Part shown: piece by piece, positions 1-13,481 of the stretch
How positions within the stretch are numbered: the first letter of the stretch is position 1
Layout of the letters: each line of letters starts with the position of its first letter
Assembly: GCA_043228905.1 (NCBI GenBank)
Contig: JBHGNT010000022.1
Location: 124,001-188,000 of the forward strand
From: Azolla caroliniana
Lineage: Eukaryota; Plantae; Polypodiophyta
Direction: 5' to 3'
DNA length: 64,000 nt
Notes under the pieces: generated by a model
Database searches by the model: none
Told to the model about the DNA's origin: nothing
Seen by the model: the letters and a program-made list of their open reading frames with translations, nothing else
Translations under genes and position numbers: made by a program

Positions 1-2102
1 TGGACTATGTCCTCGTTCGATCTTCCCATTGGCTTCTGGATTGTATGCCATTGTCAGTGTTAACCGAACTCCATGTTTGGTGAAGAATTCCCTAGCTTTA
101 TCAGAGTCAAGTTCTCCCCGATCCACAATCACTTGTCCTACGCACCCGTACCTGCAAAACACCACCTCCAAAAGAAATAGGCATACCGTAGAACACATTT
201 TCCTTCATAGCACCCGACCTTCTACTTGGTTTGTGAGATCTTCTCGAGCTAACACCAAGTACTTCTTTTGTCCGATCCTGGTTGGCATGGCTACAATATC
301 GACCATCCATTTGAAGTTGATTGTCGGTGAGAATGTTGGATGTAACTCATCTCGGTGTCGAACTCCAGAGTAGATTTGACACTTCTCGCAACTTTCCGTG
401 AACTCTGCTATATCTTTGTACATATTCTTCGCCCAATATTTTTGTTTGATTTTCACAAAAGTTGCCCATGTTCCTCGATATCTAGCCAAATCGGATTCGT
501 GAAACTCGAACATTATCCGGTTTCGTTGCTCTTTCGCCTTGACCACCCGAAGTGGTATGCCATCCGGTCTTTTCGGCTCCCTCCATATTAATCCATTTTT
601 CAAGAAGAACTTTTGGACTTGCCTCTTCTTCCTTCGTATCTCGACTCTCTTCTCTTTATCGTCCGATGATTCCTCAATCTCTTGTAGCACCTTCCCGATC
701 ATCAAGCTTTCTCCCTCGTATTCTTCTTTTCGGAATTCTCGGATTATGTTTACTCGGCATATGTGCTCCGAAGCAATGTAGTCTTCAGAAACTTCTTCAT
801 TATCAGATTCGTCTATGTCGTCTCCAAACCGAGCTCTTGAGGGCATATCCGCTACCGCGTTGTCTTTTCTGGAGATGTGTCATACGTCTGGGTTAAGTGA
901 CTTAACATATGCAATCCATCTTAGCATAGCCACATCCGGTATCGTGCAACACCGCATCATCCCGAGTATCGGAAGACAATCCATTTCGAATTTGATTGCC
1001 GACACGACTCCCCATAATTCTCTTTTGACTTGTGCATATCCGCGTTGCCTTTCGTTGAGAACCTTTGCTCCGAATCGGATCGGATATTGCAAACCATCCG
1101 AGTCGGCTTGCTTAATGACCCATCCGATCCTGATTGGACTTGTATCAACCGTTACTATGATCAGTCACTCATAGCTTGGCTTCTTAAGTGCTTCAACCAC
1201 CCTCCGTAGTGTTTTCTTGAGCTTCTTCATGGCTTTGGTGTGTTTTGGTTTCCATTCGAACTTCTTCCCCTTTCGCAATAAGTGATAGAGTGGGTCCGCA
1301 ATATGTGCATAGTGCGGTATCCATCTGTGATAAAATGCACAAGCTCCAAGAAACCTTCGAACTTCGGATTGTGACTCACATACTTCTTTCATAGCTTGAA
1401 TCGCATAGATCTTGGTTGGTGACGGTCTTCGGCCGTAGGGCCCACATAGATGTCCGACTACCAATATCTCTTCTTGCCCGAATGCCGATTTCTCCCCAGA
1501 AAGTGTTTGGTGCATATCTTCTAACTTTCGAAGCACTTTCTCGTAATCACGAATATGGTCGACTACGAACTTTCGGCATCCTCGATCATCCATAGTTTCA
1601 TCTTTTTCTTCTATCGCGCATCCTTTCATCGAAATGTCATCTAGGAATGACATTGTTATCTCCGGAATGCAATCTTGAAGCACCTTGTTCATCGCGTTCA
1701 TCATATGTGCAACCGAGTTTGTCGCTCCTTGTGGTAGTGTGCACATTCGGACTAATCCTATCGGTGTCCGCATGGTAGTGATGTCTCGGCTCTCCATGGC
1801 TAGTTGGAATTGGTCATACCCCGAGTATAGGTCTCCGATGGAGTATATCGCACAACTGGCAAATGCTTCCGCAAATTCGTCCACTATCGGGCCGACTCCG
1901 GAGTTCCGGATCATGACCTTGTTCACCGGTTGCAAGTCTTGGATAAATCAGAGTGACCCATTCTTCCTCGGAACCGAAAACCATCGATTTGGGTATGGAG
2001 CGTTTGATGGCTCTAGAATCCTCATCTCCACCTTCTCCTTGAGCAAGTTGATGACTTTCGAAATTTGCGCCCGTGGTACCGGAATTGGTTTCAGGTTCCA
2101 CG
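1..2102 (-). pseudogene. Element A pol: RT, RNase H and integrase fragments (frameshifts, stops)
   Basis: RT motifs LPQGATNS and FLDD; RH ...ELWGVVSAIK; integrase zinc-finger region CEKC and core VDIV...REDLTNQVEG. Near-identical to 6530-8670. Confidence 0.93.
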
Positions 2103-2551
2103 TGTTACCGACTAGGAACACGGTCTACGGTCAGTCCTTCGACCTAGACCTCCAAGTGACTGTGTGACAACGAATGGTAGTGTCTGTGCGTAATACTTAG
2201 TGGTATATTCCCTATAACCTAGTAGTGTATAAGGGAGATGGCTACAACCGAGCTCCTTTGACAGTGGGCTAACACACACACCGTTACTTACTCCTACGCT
2301 CTCAGGTGTTACAGACACACAGTAGATTAACCGTAGCTACACACAGATATCAGAGAAGATAGAACTCTATTACGATACGCCTCTTACATTCAAAATTACA
2401 CTTTCCCTCTATCAGAGGTTTTCTACCCTTTATATACACAGGGTCTTTTAGCCGTTCACACTTCCCGTGTGAACCGTTACATGCGTTACAATATTATACT
2501 ATTCTGTATTCCTAGGCTCTTGTCCGTTGGTTACTATTCCGGCGGACAACA
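2103..2551 (-). repeat. 3' LTR of element B
   Basis: Direct repeat of 28893-29337 with TG...CA ends. Confidence 0.93.
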
Positions 2552-4879
2552 CCTGGCATGCATGTGGGACAGTGCCATGGCACGTCGGACCCAACCCTTT
2601 AATCTTCTTCCAAAATGCCCCCGATGTTTGGCTCTGCTACGTGTCTGCGTCCGGGGACGACGTAGGGCCCGTATGTGCATCATGGTGTGGTTCCCCTGTT
2701 TGGTCAGGAGGGTTCTCATGGTGTCATGATCATCCTGTGTGGACGACCTGGGTTCTATGGGCTCTTCGTGGGATAGGGGGTTTGGCTCAGCCATCGGCGG
2801 GCTTGCGGTCGGTCGCAGCGCCGTCTCATCTGTCACTTCCTCCGTGGTGTCGACCGCCGTTGTACGCTCTGGGGAGTGGGGTTGCGGTTCCGCTTGGTCC
2901 GCAACGTTCTTCGTGTGGTCGGCCGATAGCGTATGCTCCGGTAGATCGGGTTCCTCTTGGGCAGAGGTTTCGCTGTCTGGTATGGTGGGGGACTCCGCTC
3001 GCCGTTCCGCGCTGTTCACCGTAGTTGTGATTTCTGGTGACCTGGCCTGAGGTTCCTCTTCTTCGGCAGTATCCGGAATTGGTGTCACGATGGATTCCTC
3101 ATTTGTTCACGTGCTGTCGGCTTGCGTGATCTAGTGAAACAAATCCTCTTGACTTTCACCAAAATCCTCTTCGGAATGTTGGTCCACTAGCGCGCGATCG
3201 TCCTGCGCTAGGTCCTCGCGTACTGCCGCAATGCTGTCCTCATTGAGTTTATAGAAGCCTCGACCGTCTTTTCTCCTGTTCTCCCAATCCGCATGATACA
3301 CGTGCAATTCAGTTTCTTGGGCTACCCATGCCATCCATCCTTTGTCTAGCGTCGTTTTCAATTGCGTTGTAAACCTGTCCCGATTCGTTTGTAGAAGGAT
3401 ACACACGTTGTCTGTGATGGCCTGGAAACGGTTGCGTGCTTCTTCCACCGACTTCTTGAGGTTTGCAATTTCTTGTTGACTAACTGTCGCCGCTTCTTCA
3501 TAAGTGTTCTTCATACCCGCCCACAGCTGGGATTCCTTTGCATGTAGTTCTTCTAATTTCCCCATTTCATTGTTTAGGCGAATTTCGAGCTGATGCCTTC
3601 TTTCCTGTTCGCCCACCAGCTGCTCGTCGAATCATGCCTTCTTCTTCTCCAATAAGCCACGGAGTCCCGCGATTGCCACCTCCGATTTCTTCGCTTCCTC
3701 CCGTAATTGAGCGTTTTCTTCTTTTGTCCAGGTGTGTTGTGCTGTCTCCGCAGCGAGTTTCTCTTCAAGGGTTTTTATTGCCTTTCGGCCGTTGGCTGAG
3801 GATTGGCGAAGTTTAGCGCGGAGGTGGTCAATTTCTGATTCCGCTAGTTGTACGACCCTTTTGGCTTTTGAGGCAATGGAGGTCTGAGCCTCAATCTCTT
3901 CCTTCAAGTCTTAGATGGCGTGGTTTGGTGGTGTAGTTGCCTGTTGCACCATAGTCGCGTTAGTTTCCAACTCCGCGATGCGTTCGTTGGCTTTTTGCAG
4001 CTCGGCTTGGGTCAGTTTCACCTTCTTCCAGAAATTCTTATTTTTAATGGCCATCTCCTTGGCGCCCGTGCTGACCTTTGCCAGTTCCCTATGGACTTCG
4101 ACTAGGGCCGTGTTTAATGGGGGTAGTTCCATCCCCATTCGGCGTATCCCGGCGTTCCTCCATCTGCCGACTCTTGCTAACTGGTCCTCATCGTCGCTCT
4201 CCGCCGTTTGTATTAAGGCGCACTCGATCATCTGGCGCTCCACGTGCTCCTCGGCCATTCGGTGTGAGGCCTTTATCTGTTGCATTGCCAAGAATTCCAT
4301 CAGCTCAAAAGAGGTTCCGTACTGCAAGAGTGCGATGAACTCATGGGCCGTGTCCGGGATATCCGGATATGCCAAAACCTCGCTTTCCACCGTCAATACG
4401 GCTTTCCCTCATTGTGACTGGGCCATAATGATCGGCCGTGGCTCCCACATTATTTCGAAGGTGGTGTTGGGCTCCGTAGTTGCGGAGTCGTCGCCTTTGG
4501 TCGTTGTCTCCGCCGTCGTGGGTACGTCTTTAACTAATCCCCGCCCATCTTTCCTATCCAGTCTTCGCCATTTTGGCCTGGGGCTATCCTGCCGTGGTTC
4601 GGCGTCTGGCTGTGGTGCCGCTTCCGCGGAGCGTGTCGCCTGCTCTTCTGGCGTTGTCCGTGTGTCCGGTTGGGTAGGTTGGGGTTCATCCTCCCACTCT
4701 GGGGTAGCTAACTCCGCTAACCTGCACTTCGCGGATCGGGGCGGCGGCGTGGGTCTACTGGGCTGTGGTGCCGGCAAACCTCGGGGAGGGAATAGTACCA
4801 TTAGGTACTGTTGTATGATAGGCTTGAGCTTCTTGCCTTCTTGATACGCGTGCAAGCCTTCCCTTAACGCCGGCCTCAT
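2552..4879 (-). pseudogene. C-terminal part of element B extra 3' ORF (Pro/Thr-rich linker, long coiled coil, acidic tail)
   Basis: Successive minus-strand ORFs 4409-4879, 3911-4396, 3632-3907, 3131-3616 and 2534-3088; E/K/L/A heptad-like composition. Joins 21677-22280 in frame once element C and one TSD copy are removed. Confidence 0.75.
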
Positions 4880-5773
4880 TGTCGTGCCTTTCGGCTCCGG
4901 ATTGTTGCGTGAGTCGGGTGGGAACCATTGGGGTTTTGGACTAGGAGGAAAGAAAATTCTAAGGCAATTAAGAATGTGAAATATATTGTAAGAAAGAAAG
5001 ATATGAAAAACTCATGAATCCCACGAGTATAATGTATTAGTGAGTACTCAAATTAAGAGAAAAATAGTTAGCAAATTCGTGGATCCCACGATTATATTAT
5101 ATTAATCAACCCTTGTAAAATAATCAACAACCTCTATACATCTTTCTCTCTTCTTTATATAGTGTTTGGAAGAGTCTAAGTTTATCACATGCAAGCATCA
5201 TGCTTTTCCTATTTTTAGTTTTCATGCACACTGCATGTCCATGATTAGCTTTCTATCTCATCTTTTCTTTTAACTCGAGTGTCTATGCATGAATAACTTT
5301 TTGTACCATGCATGTCTAGAAATTTTACATGGGATAAAGTTTAGTATAACTTTAAAATTCATAATACCCTAGTATAATGATAAGGCTTAACATTATTAAC
5401 ATGGAGGTGTAAGGTTTGAATGTTGCCCTATGCATGTAATATATATATTTTTATACTTTCTTCTATTTACAAATATGTCCCTTTATCCGGTGAGAGACTC
5501 TCACCGGCCTTCTTCATCCGGCTCTTTTCGGTTCTGCTTCATCCGGTGCTTGCTAGTTTTCTTTGTCTGGTTCTTACCGGGACCTCCTTACCGATCTCTT
5601 CGTCCGTTTCTCACCGACTCTCACCGGCCTTCTTCATCCGGCTCTTGCAGGGTCTCCTTACCGGTTTCGGTCCTTACCGGTTCCTTCTCCTGGTTCTCAC
5701 CGGGTACTCCATGTCCTATCCGGAGAGACCAAAAATGTAATTTTTCACGTAGTGTGCGAATTACACTACGACA
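4880..5773 (-). repeat. 3' LTR of element C
   Basis: Direct repeat of 20783-21676; purine tract AGGAGGGGGCGAG precedes it on the minus strand. Confidence 0.93.
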
Positions 5774-5960
5774 CTCGCCCCCTCCTAAGCCGCACATCCT
5801 CCAGTATGTGCCGAAGTCCCCGATGCTTGCTATTCACCTTCATCCGAAGCTTCCTCCGATCCTCCCCTTAAGTCGACTATGAGTTCTAATCCACTTTCTT
5901 CGCTTTCCGCATCACCGCGATCTTCGTCCGATTGCTCCTTCTGGTCGGTCTTGTCTAGGA

Positions 5961-8900
5961 TCACATAGGGTTCTTCATCAGTCCGCTCTTGAAAATCTTC
6001 ACCCATTTCCCGACTATAGGCACTTGTAGCATTGTTCCATCCAACTCACATAGTCGGTATGTTCCGTTGTCGAAAACTTTCCGAACCTCGTATGGCCCGA
6101 ACCACCTTTTCGCGAACTTCCGCATCGTTGTATGTTGATGATCCAAACTACTGTCGTAGACAATCACCCAATCTCCTTCTTCAATCTTCCGCGGTCGTAG
6201 TCGGTGCTTTGTGTCGAACTGGCTTTTATTTCGGAATCGCGCTTCTTGTTGTCAAAGTATTGCTTCCTCTATGTCTTCCGGTCTTCCCTCCAGTTGTCGT
6301 ATCCGGACCGCTAGTAGTTCTTCCCAGCTCATCTCTTCCTTCCATGGTAGCATTGTCCATGTCGCGATTGCGGTCTCCGTCGGCATTACCGGTGCTTGTC
6401 CGTCATAAGTTCTGCCGGCATGTAACCGGTTACGGAGCTATGCGTCATCCGATCTGCCCATAGTGCATACGGAAGCATCTGCGGCCAATCCTTAACCCTT
6501 CCATCGCATGCCTTCACAAGTGCTTTGACAATCGGACTATGTCCTCGTTCGATCTTCCCGTTGGCTTCCGGATTGTATGCCGTTGTTAGTGTTAACCGAA
6601 CTCCATGTTTAGTGAAGAATTCCTTAGCTTTATCAGAGTCGAGTTCTCCCCGATCCGCAATCACTTGTCCTACGCATCCGTACCTGCAAAACACTTCTTC
6701 CAAAAGGAATTGGCATACTGTAGAACACGTTTTCCTCCGTAGTGCTCGACCTTCTACTTGGTTTGTGAGATCTTCCCGAGCTAACACCAAGTACTTCTTT
6801 TGTCCGATCCCGGTTGGCATGGCTACAATATTGACCATCCATTTGAAGTTGATTGTTGGTGAGAATGTCGGATGTAATTCATCTCGGTGTCAAACTCCGG
6901 AGTAGATTTGACACTTCTCGTAGCTTTCCGTGAACTCCACGACATCTTTGTACATATTTTTCCACCAATATCTTTGCTTGATCTTCCCAAATGTTGCCCA
7001 TATTCCCCGATGTCCAGCCCAATCAGATTCGTGAAATTCGGACATTACCTGGTTTCGTTGCTCTTTTGTCCCGACTACTCGAAGTGGTATGCCACCCGGT
7101 CTTTTCGGCTCCCTCCATAAAAATCCATTTTCCAAGAAGAACTTTCGGACTTGCCATTTCTTACTTCGTATCTCGGCTCTCTTCTCTTTATTGTCCAATG
7201 ATTCCTGGATTTCTCGTAGCATTTTCCCGATCAACAAGCTTTCTCCCTTGTATTCTTCTTCCCGGAATTCTTCGATTGCGTCCATTTGGCATATGTGCTC
7301 TGAAGCAAAGTAGTCTTCGGAAACTTCTTCATTATCGGATTCGGTTATGTCATCTCCGAACCGCGCCCTTGATAGCATATCCGCTACAACGTTGTCTTTT
7401 CCGGAGATGTGTCTTACCTCCGGATTAAGTGACTTAACATATGCAATCCATCTTAGCATAGACACATCCGGTATCGTGTAACACCGCATCATCCCGAGTA
7501 TCGGAAGACAGTCCGTTTCGATCACTACTTCGGCTCCGATCAAATAATCTCGATCGGATTTGATTGCCGACACGACTCCCCATAATTCTCTTTTAATTTG
7601 TGCATATCCGCGTTGCCTTTCGTTGAGCACCTTTGCACCGAATCGGATCGGATATCGTGAACCTTCCGGATTGGCTTGATTGATGACCCATCCGATTCCG
7701 GTTGGACTTGTGTCAACTGTTACTATGATCGGTTGGTCATAGTTCGGCTTCTTTATTGTTTCTGCCCTCTGTAGTGATTTCTTGAGCTTCTTCACGGATT
7801 TGGTATGCTCCGGTTTCCATTCAAACTTCTTACCCTTCCGCAACAAGTGATAGAGTGGGTCCGCTATATGTGCATAGTGCGGAATCCATATGTGGTAGAA
7901 TGCACATTCTCCAAGAAACCTTCGAACTTCGGATTGTGACTTGTATACTTCTTTCATAGCTTGAATCACATCGATCTTGGTTGGTGACGGTCTTCGGCCG
8001 TAGGGCCCACATAGATGTCCGACTACCAATATTTCTTCTTGTTCGAATGCCGATTTCTCTCCGGAAAGTGTTAGATGCACATCTTCTAACTTCCGTAACA
8101 CTTTCTCACAATCACGAATACGGTTGACTACAAACCTTCGGCATCCCCGTTCATCCAAAGCTTCATCTTTTTCTTCCACCGCACATCCTTTCATCCAAAT
8201 GTCATCTAGGAATGACATCGTTATCTCCGGTATGCAATCCCAGAGCACCTTGTTCATCGCATTCATCATATGTGCGAGTGAGTTCGTCGCGCCTTGTGGT
8301 AGCGTACACATCCGGACTAATCCTATCGGTGTCCACATGGTAGTGATGTCTCGACTCTTCACAGCTAGTTGGAATTGGTCATATCCGGAGTATAGGTCTA
8401 CGATGGAGTATATCGTGCGACCGGCAAATGCTTCCGCAAATTCTTCCACTATCGGACCGACTCCGGAGTTCCGGATCGTGACCTTGTTCACTGGTTGCAA
8501 ATCTTGAATAAATCGGAGTGACCCATTCTTCTTCAGAACCGTAAACCATCCATTTGAGTACGGAGCATTTGATGGCTCTAGAATCCCCATCGCCACCTTC
8601 TCCTTGAGCAAGTCGATGATTTTCGGAATATGCACCCGTGGCACCGGAATCAGCTTCAGGTTCCACGGCACATGGTCAATCGTGAAGATCACCATCGACT
8701 CCACTATCTTCAGGTCAGCGCATCCTATTTCTTTCGATGTAAATGCAAATGCTCTCCCATGTCACTCTAGCATCCCACAGAATTGTTCTTCTTCATTATT
8801 TAATAGGAACCCACCTCCACCGATCCAAAGTTTCTTTCGGGTCTCATCCGTGAAGGCATGTCCGATATCCATGGACTTCCGAAGTTTCGGATCCCCCGAG

Positions 8901-9370
8901 ACTTCTTTCCTCTTTTGTTCACTATCTGCGGGTAACGGTCCTGCGACCGGTTTCACTTTCTTCTCCAAGGTCTTGTATTTCGTACTCACCATTGCTTCTT
9001 CTTTGCGGAGCGCATCGGGCCCCATTTTCACAATGATCTCGTACATCTCGACCAACTCCACCGGCATTACCCGGTTTCCCTGGGTTGTATCTTCTGCAAA
9101 CTCTTCAAGCCGTTGTAGTGTGCTCCCATAGAACACTTCTTCGACTATTCCCACGATTTCTTCGTCTTCTTTTATTATTCATGCCGACCGTAACTTTTCC
9201 TCCACTTTTCGGTATTCTTTCTTCATTCCTCCGGTTACGGCCGTGTACGTGGATGCCCCATCCGGACCGATTCGTACTTGTTTTGCACCGAGAGCTTGCT
9301 TCTTGTGTGGGGTATCAGGGCTTCTCGGACTATCACTTCCCCACTCCGCAACAATATGCTCTAAAAATCC
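5961..9370 (-). pseudogene. Element C pol (RT-RH-INT with GPY/F tail; no chromodomain)
   Basis: ORFs 8762-9154, 6890-8704 (RT FLDD, RH VDTS, HRG...zinc finger), 6386-6838 (integrase core ADRG...NGKIERG) and 5961-6167 (FGPY). Confidence 0.93.
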
Positions 9371-11887
9371 ATTCTTGTTTGGGACAAGAGCTCTCTGTTG
9401 TTCCTTTCATGATTTGCCAACACCGTTAGGAATTGAACAGTGTCACGTTGGTATGCGCGTGCGTGGAGAACAAGGCGGGACCACTGGGGTCTTGGACCGA
9501 GGAATAGGTGAGAAGAGGGAGAGAGAGAGAGAGAGCGAGAGAGCGAGAGACGCTCACACACGTATAGACAAAGAAGCGCACGGGGACGCGGCCCAACAAC
9601 ACAGGAGACACGAGTTGAGAACGCTAGCATATGTATATAAATATGTGTATGTATTTGTATGTATGCAGGCGACTCGAACGGTTACAGCCGATCAGGTCGG
9701 CGAGATGGATGCCAGCGCCTGATCACCCACGCACATAGGAGAGCAAGATGGAGATTCTGCCGGAAGCACACGGGCGTTCCACGGAGCAGGATCAGCCTCC
9801 TGAGAACCTGCGCAAAAGAAAGCTATGGAGAACGACAGAGAAGAAGAGCTCGGTCCCAGTCTGACAGCACTTCGTCCCCTCTAGTGCGCGATCCCTTCTC
9901 TCCCTTGTCTCCCTCTCTTTTATAGCTCAAGGAGGGAGGCCGTTTCACCCGTTTACATCACATTAATTCTCTGTCCTTTTGGATAGAGATACTCCTCGAT
10001 TTCCCCTATTGAATAATGCTACCTAGGATTTGACCTTTGTGCCTACCTATCCACTAAACAACAAGGGCGTGCCCACGTGTAAGGGTCGGTTCACACATAC
10101 TATACACGGTTTGCGCCTGGGGACGGTTTTCTTCACGACATCCGCCCCCACCTAACCGCGCATCCACCGGTATGCGCCAAAATCGGGTTCCTACGGGAGA
10201 AAAACGATCCTTGCTTTTATTCCTCGTTTACCGGTTCATCCTCCGCCTCGGGTTGCTCGGGGTTGCTGTCCATGCCCCCTAGCTCCGGCTCACCGTCGTG
10301 TCGTTTCTTGAACGCTTTGATCCTCTTCCCCGCTACCGGTATCGCCATTCTCGTACCGTCGAGCTCCGCGAGATGGCACGTCCCATTGCCGTTGGCGCCT
10401 GTTACTACGTAAGGCCAGAACCACCTCCTCGCAAACTTACGCGTGGCCCTATGCTGATTGTGGAGGCTGCTGTCGTAGACTAGCACCAAGTCGCCTTCCT
10501 CGATCTTCCTTGGCCGGAGCCGGTGTGTTCGGTCGAACCGGGCTTTGTTCCTTATCCTCGCTACCCGAAGTTTCTCCGCGGCACGCTCTACGTCCTCCGG
10601 CCTCCGCTCGAGCTGTCGAATCCGCGCCGCCAACAGTTCCTCCCGGCTTATCTCATCCCTCCAGTCCACCATGGCCCACGAGGAGATCGTTCGCTCTATT
10701 GGCATGATCGGCTTCTGTCCGAACATAAGCTCGGCCGGCATGAACCCGGTTACCGAACTCTGCGTAGTCCGGTTCGCCCACAAGGCATAAGGTAGCAGCC
10801 GTGGCCAGTTCCCGACTTGGCCTCCACACGCCCGTACTAGCGCTTTGACAATTGGCCCGTGTCCGCGCTCCACCTTCCCATTCTCCTCCGGATTGTACGC
10901 TGTGGTGAGCGAAAGTTTGACTCCTAGCCGGTCGAACAACTCTTCAGCCTCTTCTGTGTCCAACTCACCACGGTCAGCCACGATCTTCCCTACGCACCCG
11001 TATCGGCATACCACGTCCTCAATCAAAAAACCGGCATACGGCTGCAGTCGTCTTGTTCTGCAGGGCTCGGCCTTCAACCTGGTTTGTTAGATCCTCCCGA
11101 GCCAGCACTAGATACCGCATCTGTCCTACCCCCATTGGCATCGTCACCAAATCCACCATCCATTTGAAGTGGACGGTTGGAGGGTAGGTTGGGTGGAGCT
11201 CGTCCCGGTGTCGGATCATGGAGTGTACCTGGCAGCTTTCGCAAGTCGTCATGAACCGATGCACGTCCCGGTATAGTCCTGGCCACCAGTACTTCCCTTT
11301 TAGCTTTTCGAACGTGGCCCATGTTCCACGGTGTCCAGCCCAAGGACTATCGTGGTACGCCGCTAGCAAATCCTCCTGTTCCTCCTTCTTTGCCACCACT
11401 CGGAGCGGGATGTCGTTCCTCTTCTTCGGGTGCTTCCATATGTACCCGTCCCGGAGAAAGAATCGATAGGCTTTCTTCCGAATCTAGTTGGCCTTGTCCG
11501 TTGTCCATGCCACGTCCGGTGTCATTGTTTTCAGGAACCCGCCGATCTGCAGCCACTCCCTATCGTACTTGCTCTCGTCAAAATCATTAAGCGTTGGAGT
11601 GCATTCCCTGCCAGTTGTTACGTGAGCTGCCTTGAAGAAGTCCATGCCGACTTCCTTGTCCTCCGAAACCATACCGCCCTCGTTTTCGAACCTCGCCCTT
11701 GAAAGCATGTCGGCCATGGCATTGTCTTTCCCGAAAATGTGTCGTATTTCCGGATTCAGGGACTTGATGTACGCTATCCACCTGAGCATTGCCAGGTCTG
11801 GCGTCGCGCATCCGGAAACCATGCCAAGAATTGGCAGGCAGTCCCTCTCGATAATTACCTCTACCCCGATCAAGTAGTCTTTATCGG

Positions 11888-12757
11888 TGTCGTGCCTTTC
11901 GGCTCCGGATCGTTTGCGTGAGTCGGGTGGGAACCACCGGGGTTTTGGACTAGGAGGAGGAAGAATTTGAGGCTAATCTAGTTATGAATATGAATAGATT
12001 ATAAGAAAGAGATATAGAAACTTGTGAATCCCACAAGTATAATTGTTTTAGTTTATCTAAATCGTAGTAATAAATTGAAATAATTTAGAATAGATTAGAG
12101 TAGATTGAGAAAAGAGATCAAACCTTGTGAATCCCACAAGTATTACATTAATCAATATTTATGTAAGAATATGAATTTAGATTGAAAGAGATAGATTATC
12201 TTAAACTTCGTGAATCCCACGAGTATATTTTATTGATTGTTGGTGTTTTAGGAAATATATCCAATTTCCCAAATATTTTTCACACACCTATTACATTGTG
12301 CTCCCCATCCTTATGTAGTGATGGGAGAGACTAAGCATAGCTACATGCTTTTTTTTCTAATATGTTCATGCACACTAAATGTGCATGTGATGCTTTTCTA
12401 ATCCTTGCTTTTATTTGCTAAATATAGTGCTCATGCACGCTAGATGTGCATGAGTCACTTTTTAGTCGCTTGCGTTTTTCTATAAAATATTCACGCACTC
12501 TAAAAATACATGATTTACCTTTTAATAAAGATAGGCGCAAATAAAGCACTTATAGTTATTAAATCTATTTATAGAACACTAAAGATAAGGTAGCATAATG
12601 GTAAAGTTGAGGTTTGGCTACGTGGAGGTATAGGGTTCAAATCCTGCCCTATGCACGTGATAAATATCTTGATATATTATTTTATTTATTTATATGTAAT
12701 TAAATTGGTTATATTATTTTTTACTTTTTCACGTAGTGTACGAAATACACTACGACA
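11888..12757 (-). repeat. Solo LTR of the A/C family
   Basis: TGTCGTGCC...CTACGACA ends; perfect 4-bp TSD TCGG (11884-11887 / 12758-12761). Confidence 0.92.
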
Positions 12758-12843
12758 TCGGCCTTTACCGCCGAAACGATACCGCAGAGCTCGCGTTTAA
12801 CCTGGGCGTATCCTTGCTGTCGCTCGCTGAGGACCTTCGCGCC

Positions 12844-13481
12844 TGAAAAGAGAGATGATGATAGAAAAGAGAGAGAAGTAAGATATATAAACCCAAATCT
12901 ACAAAGATATATTAATAAGGAGTGATCATCATAGAAACAAGAGAAAGAAGATACATAAACTCAAGCCTACAAGGATGAATTGATCACTAGAAAAACGCAC
13001 TACATGAATAGGCAAGAAAAACACCACAAGAAAAAAACTCTCCTCACCACCTCACTCTTCTTGCTTTATATGAAGTTCTCCTCTAGTAGATAAGTTTCGC
13101 TTGCTTTCTTTTCCACGCTTTTTTTAGAGCTTTTCCATCTCCTATTCTTAGCTATGACACAACAATCTTCAAATCGTCATATCTCCCTCGTCGAAGCTCT
13201 ACATTTAGAGCTTTAAAAACCTATGGATAGCTCTCTTCACAAGCTTTCCAACCCATATTTACACATTATATTTGGCTTCCAAACGAATGAGTTATGAGCG
13301 TTCGTTGTAGACTACATTTTGGTGCCCGCTTTTTTCTTCTTTTACTTTTCTCCACGTGACTTGCTTTTTGTTTGACTTATACTTGAAACCTTAGCTTGTG
13401 TTCTTGGCCTTCGGGTGTGAATGCTCCATACCTTATATTTTTGTAGACTTCAATACCTTGAATTCTAAAAACACTTTCACA
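12844..13481. repeat. Solo LTR (about 640-bp family); inverted copy of 22430-23069
   Basis: TGAAAAG...CTTTCACA ends; perfect 5-bp TSD GCGCC. Confidence 0.9.

Noticed and set aside
2552-2575. Polypurine tract of element B
   Set aside because: The sequence next to the 3' LTR is not purine-rich on the minus strand, so no PPT is called.
3915-4844. 309-aa plus-strand ORF and similar antisense ORFs (e.g. 14508-15323)
   Set aside because: Shadows of minus-strand retroelement coding frames.
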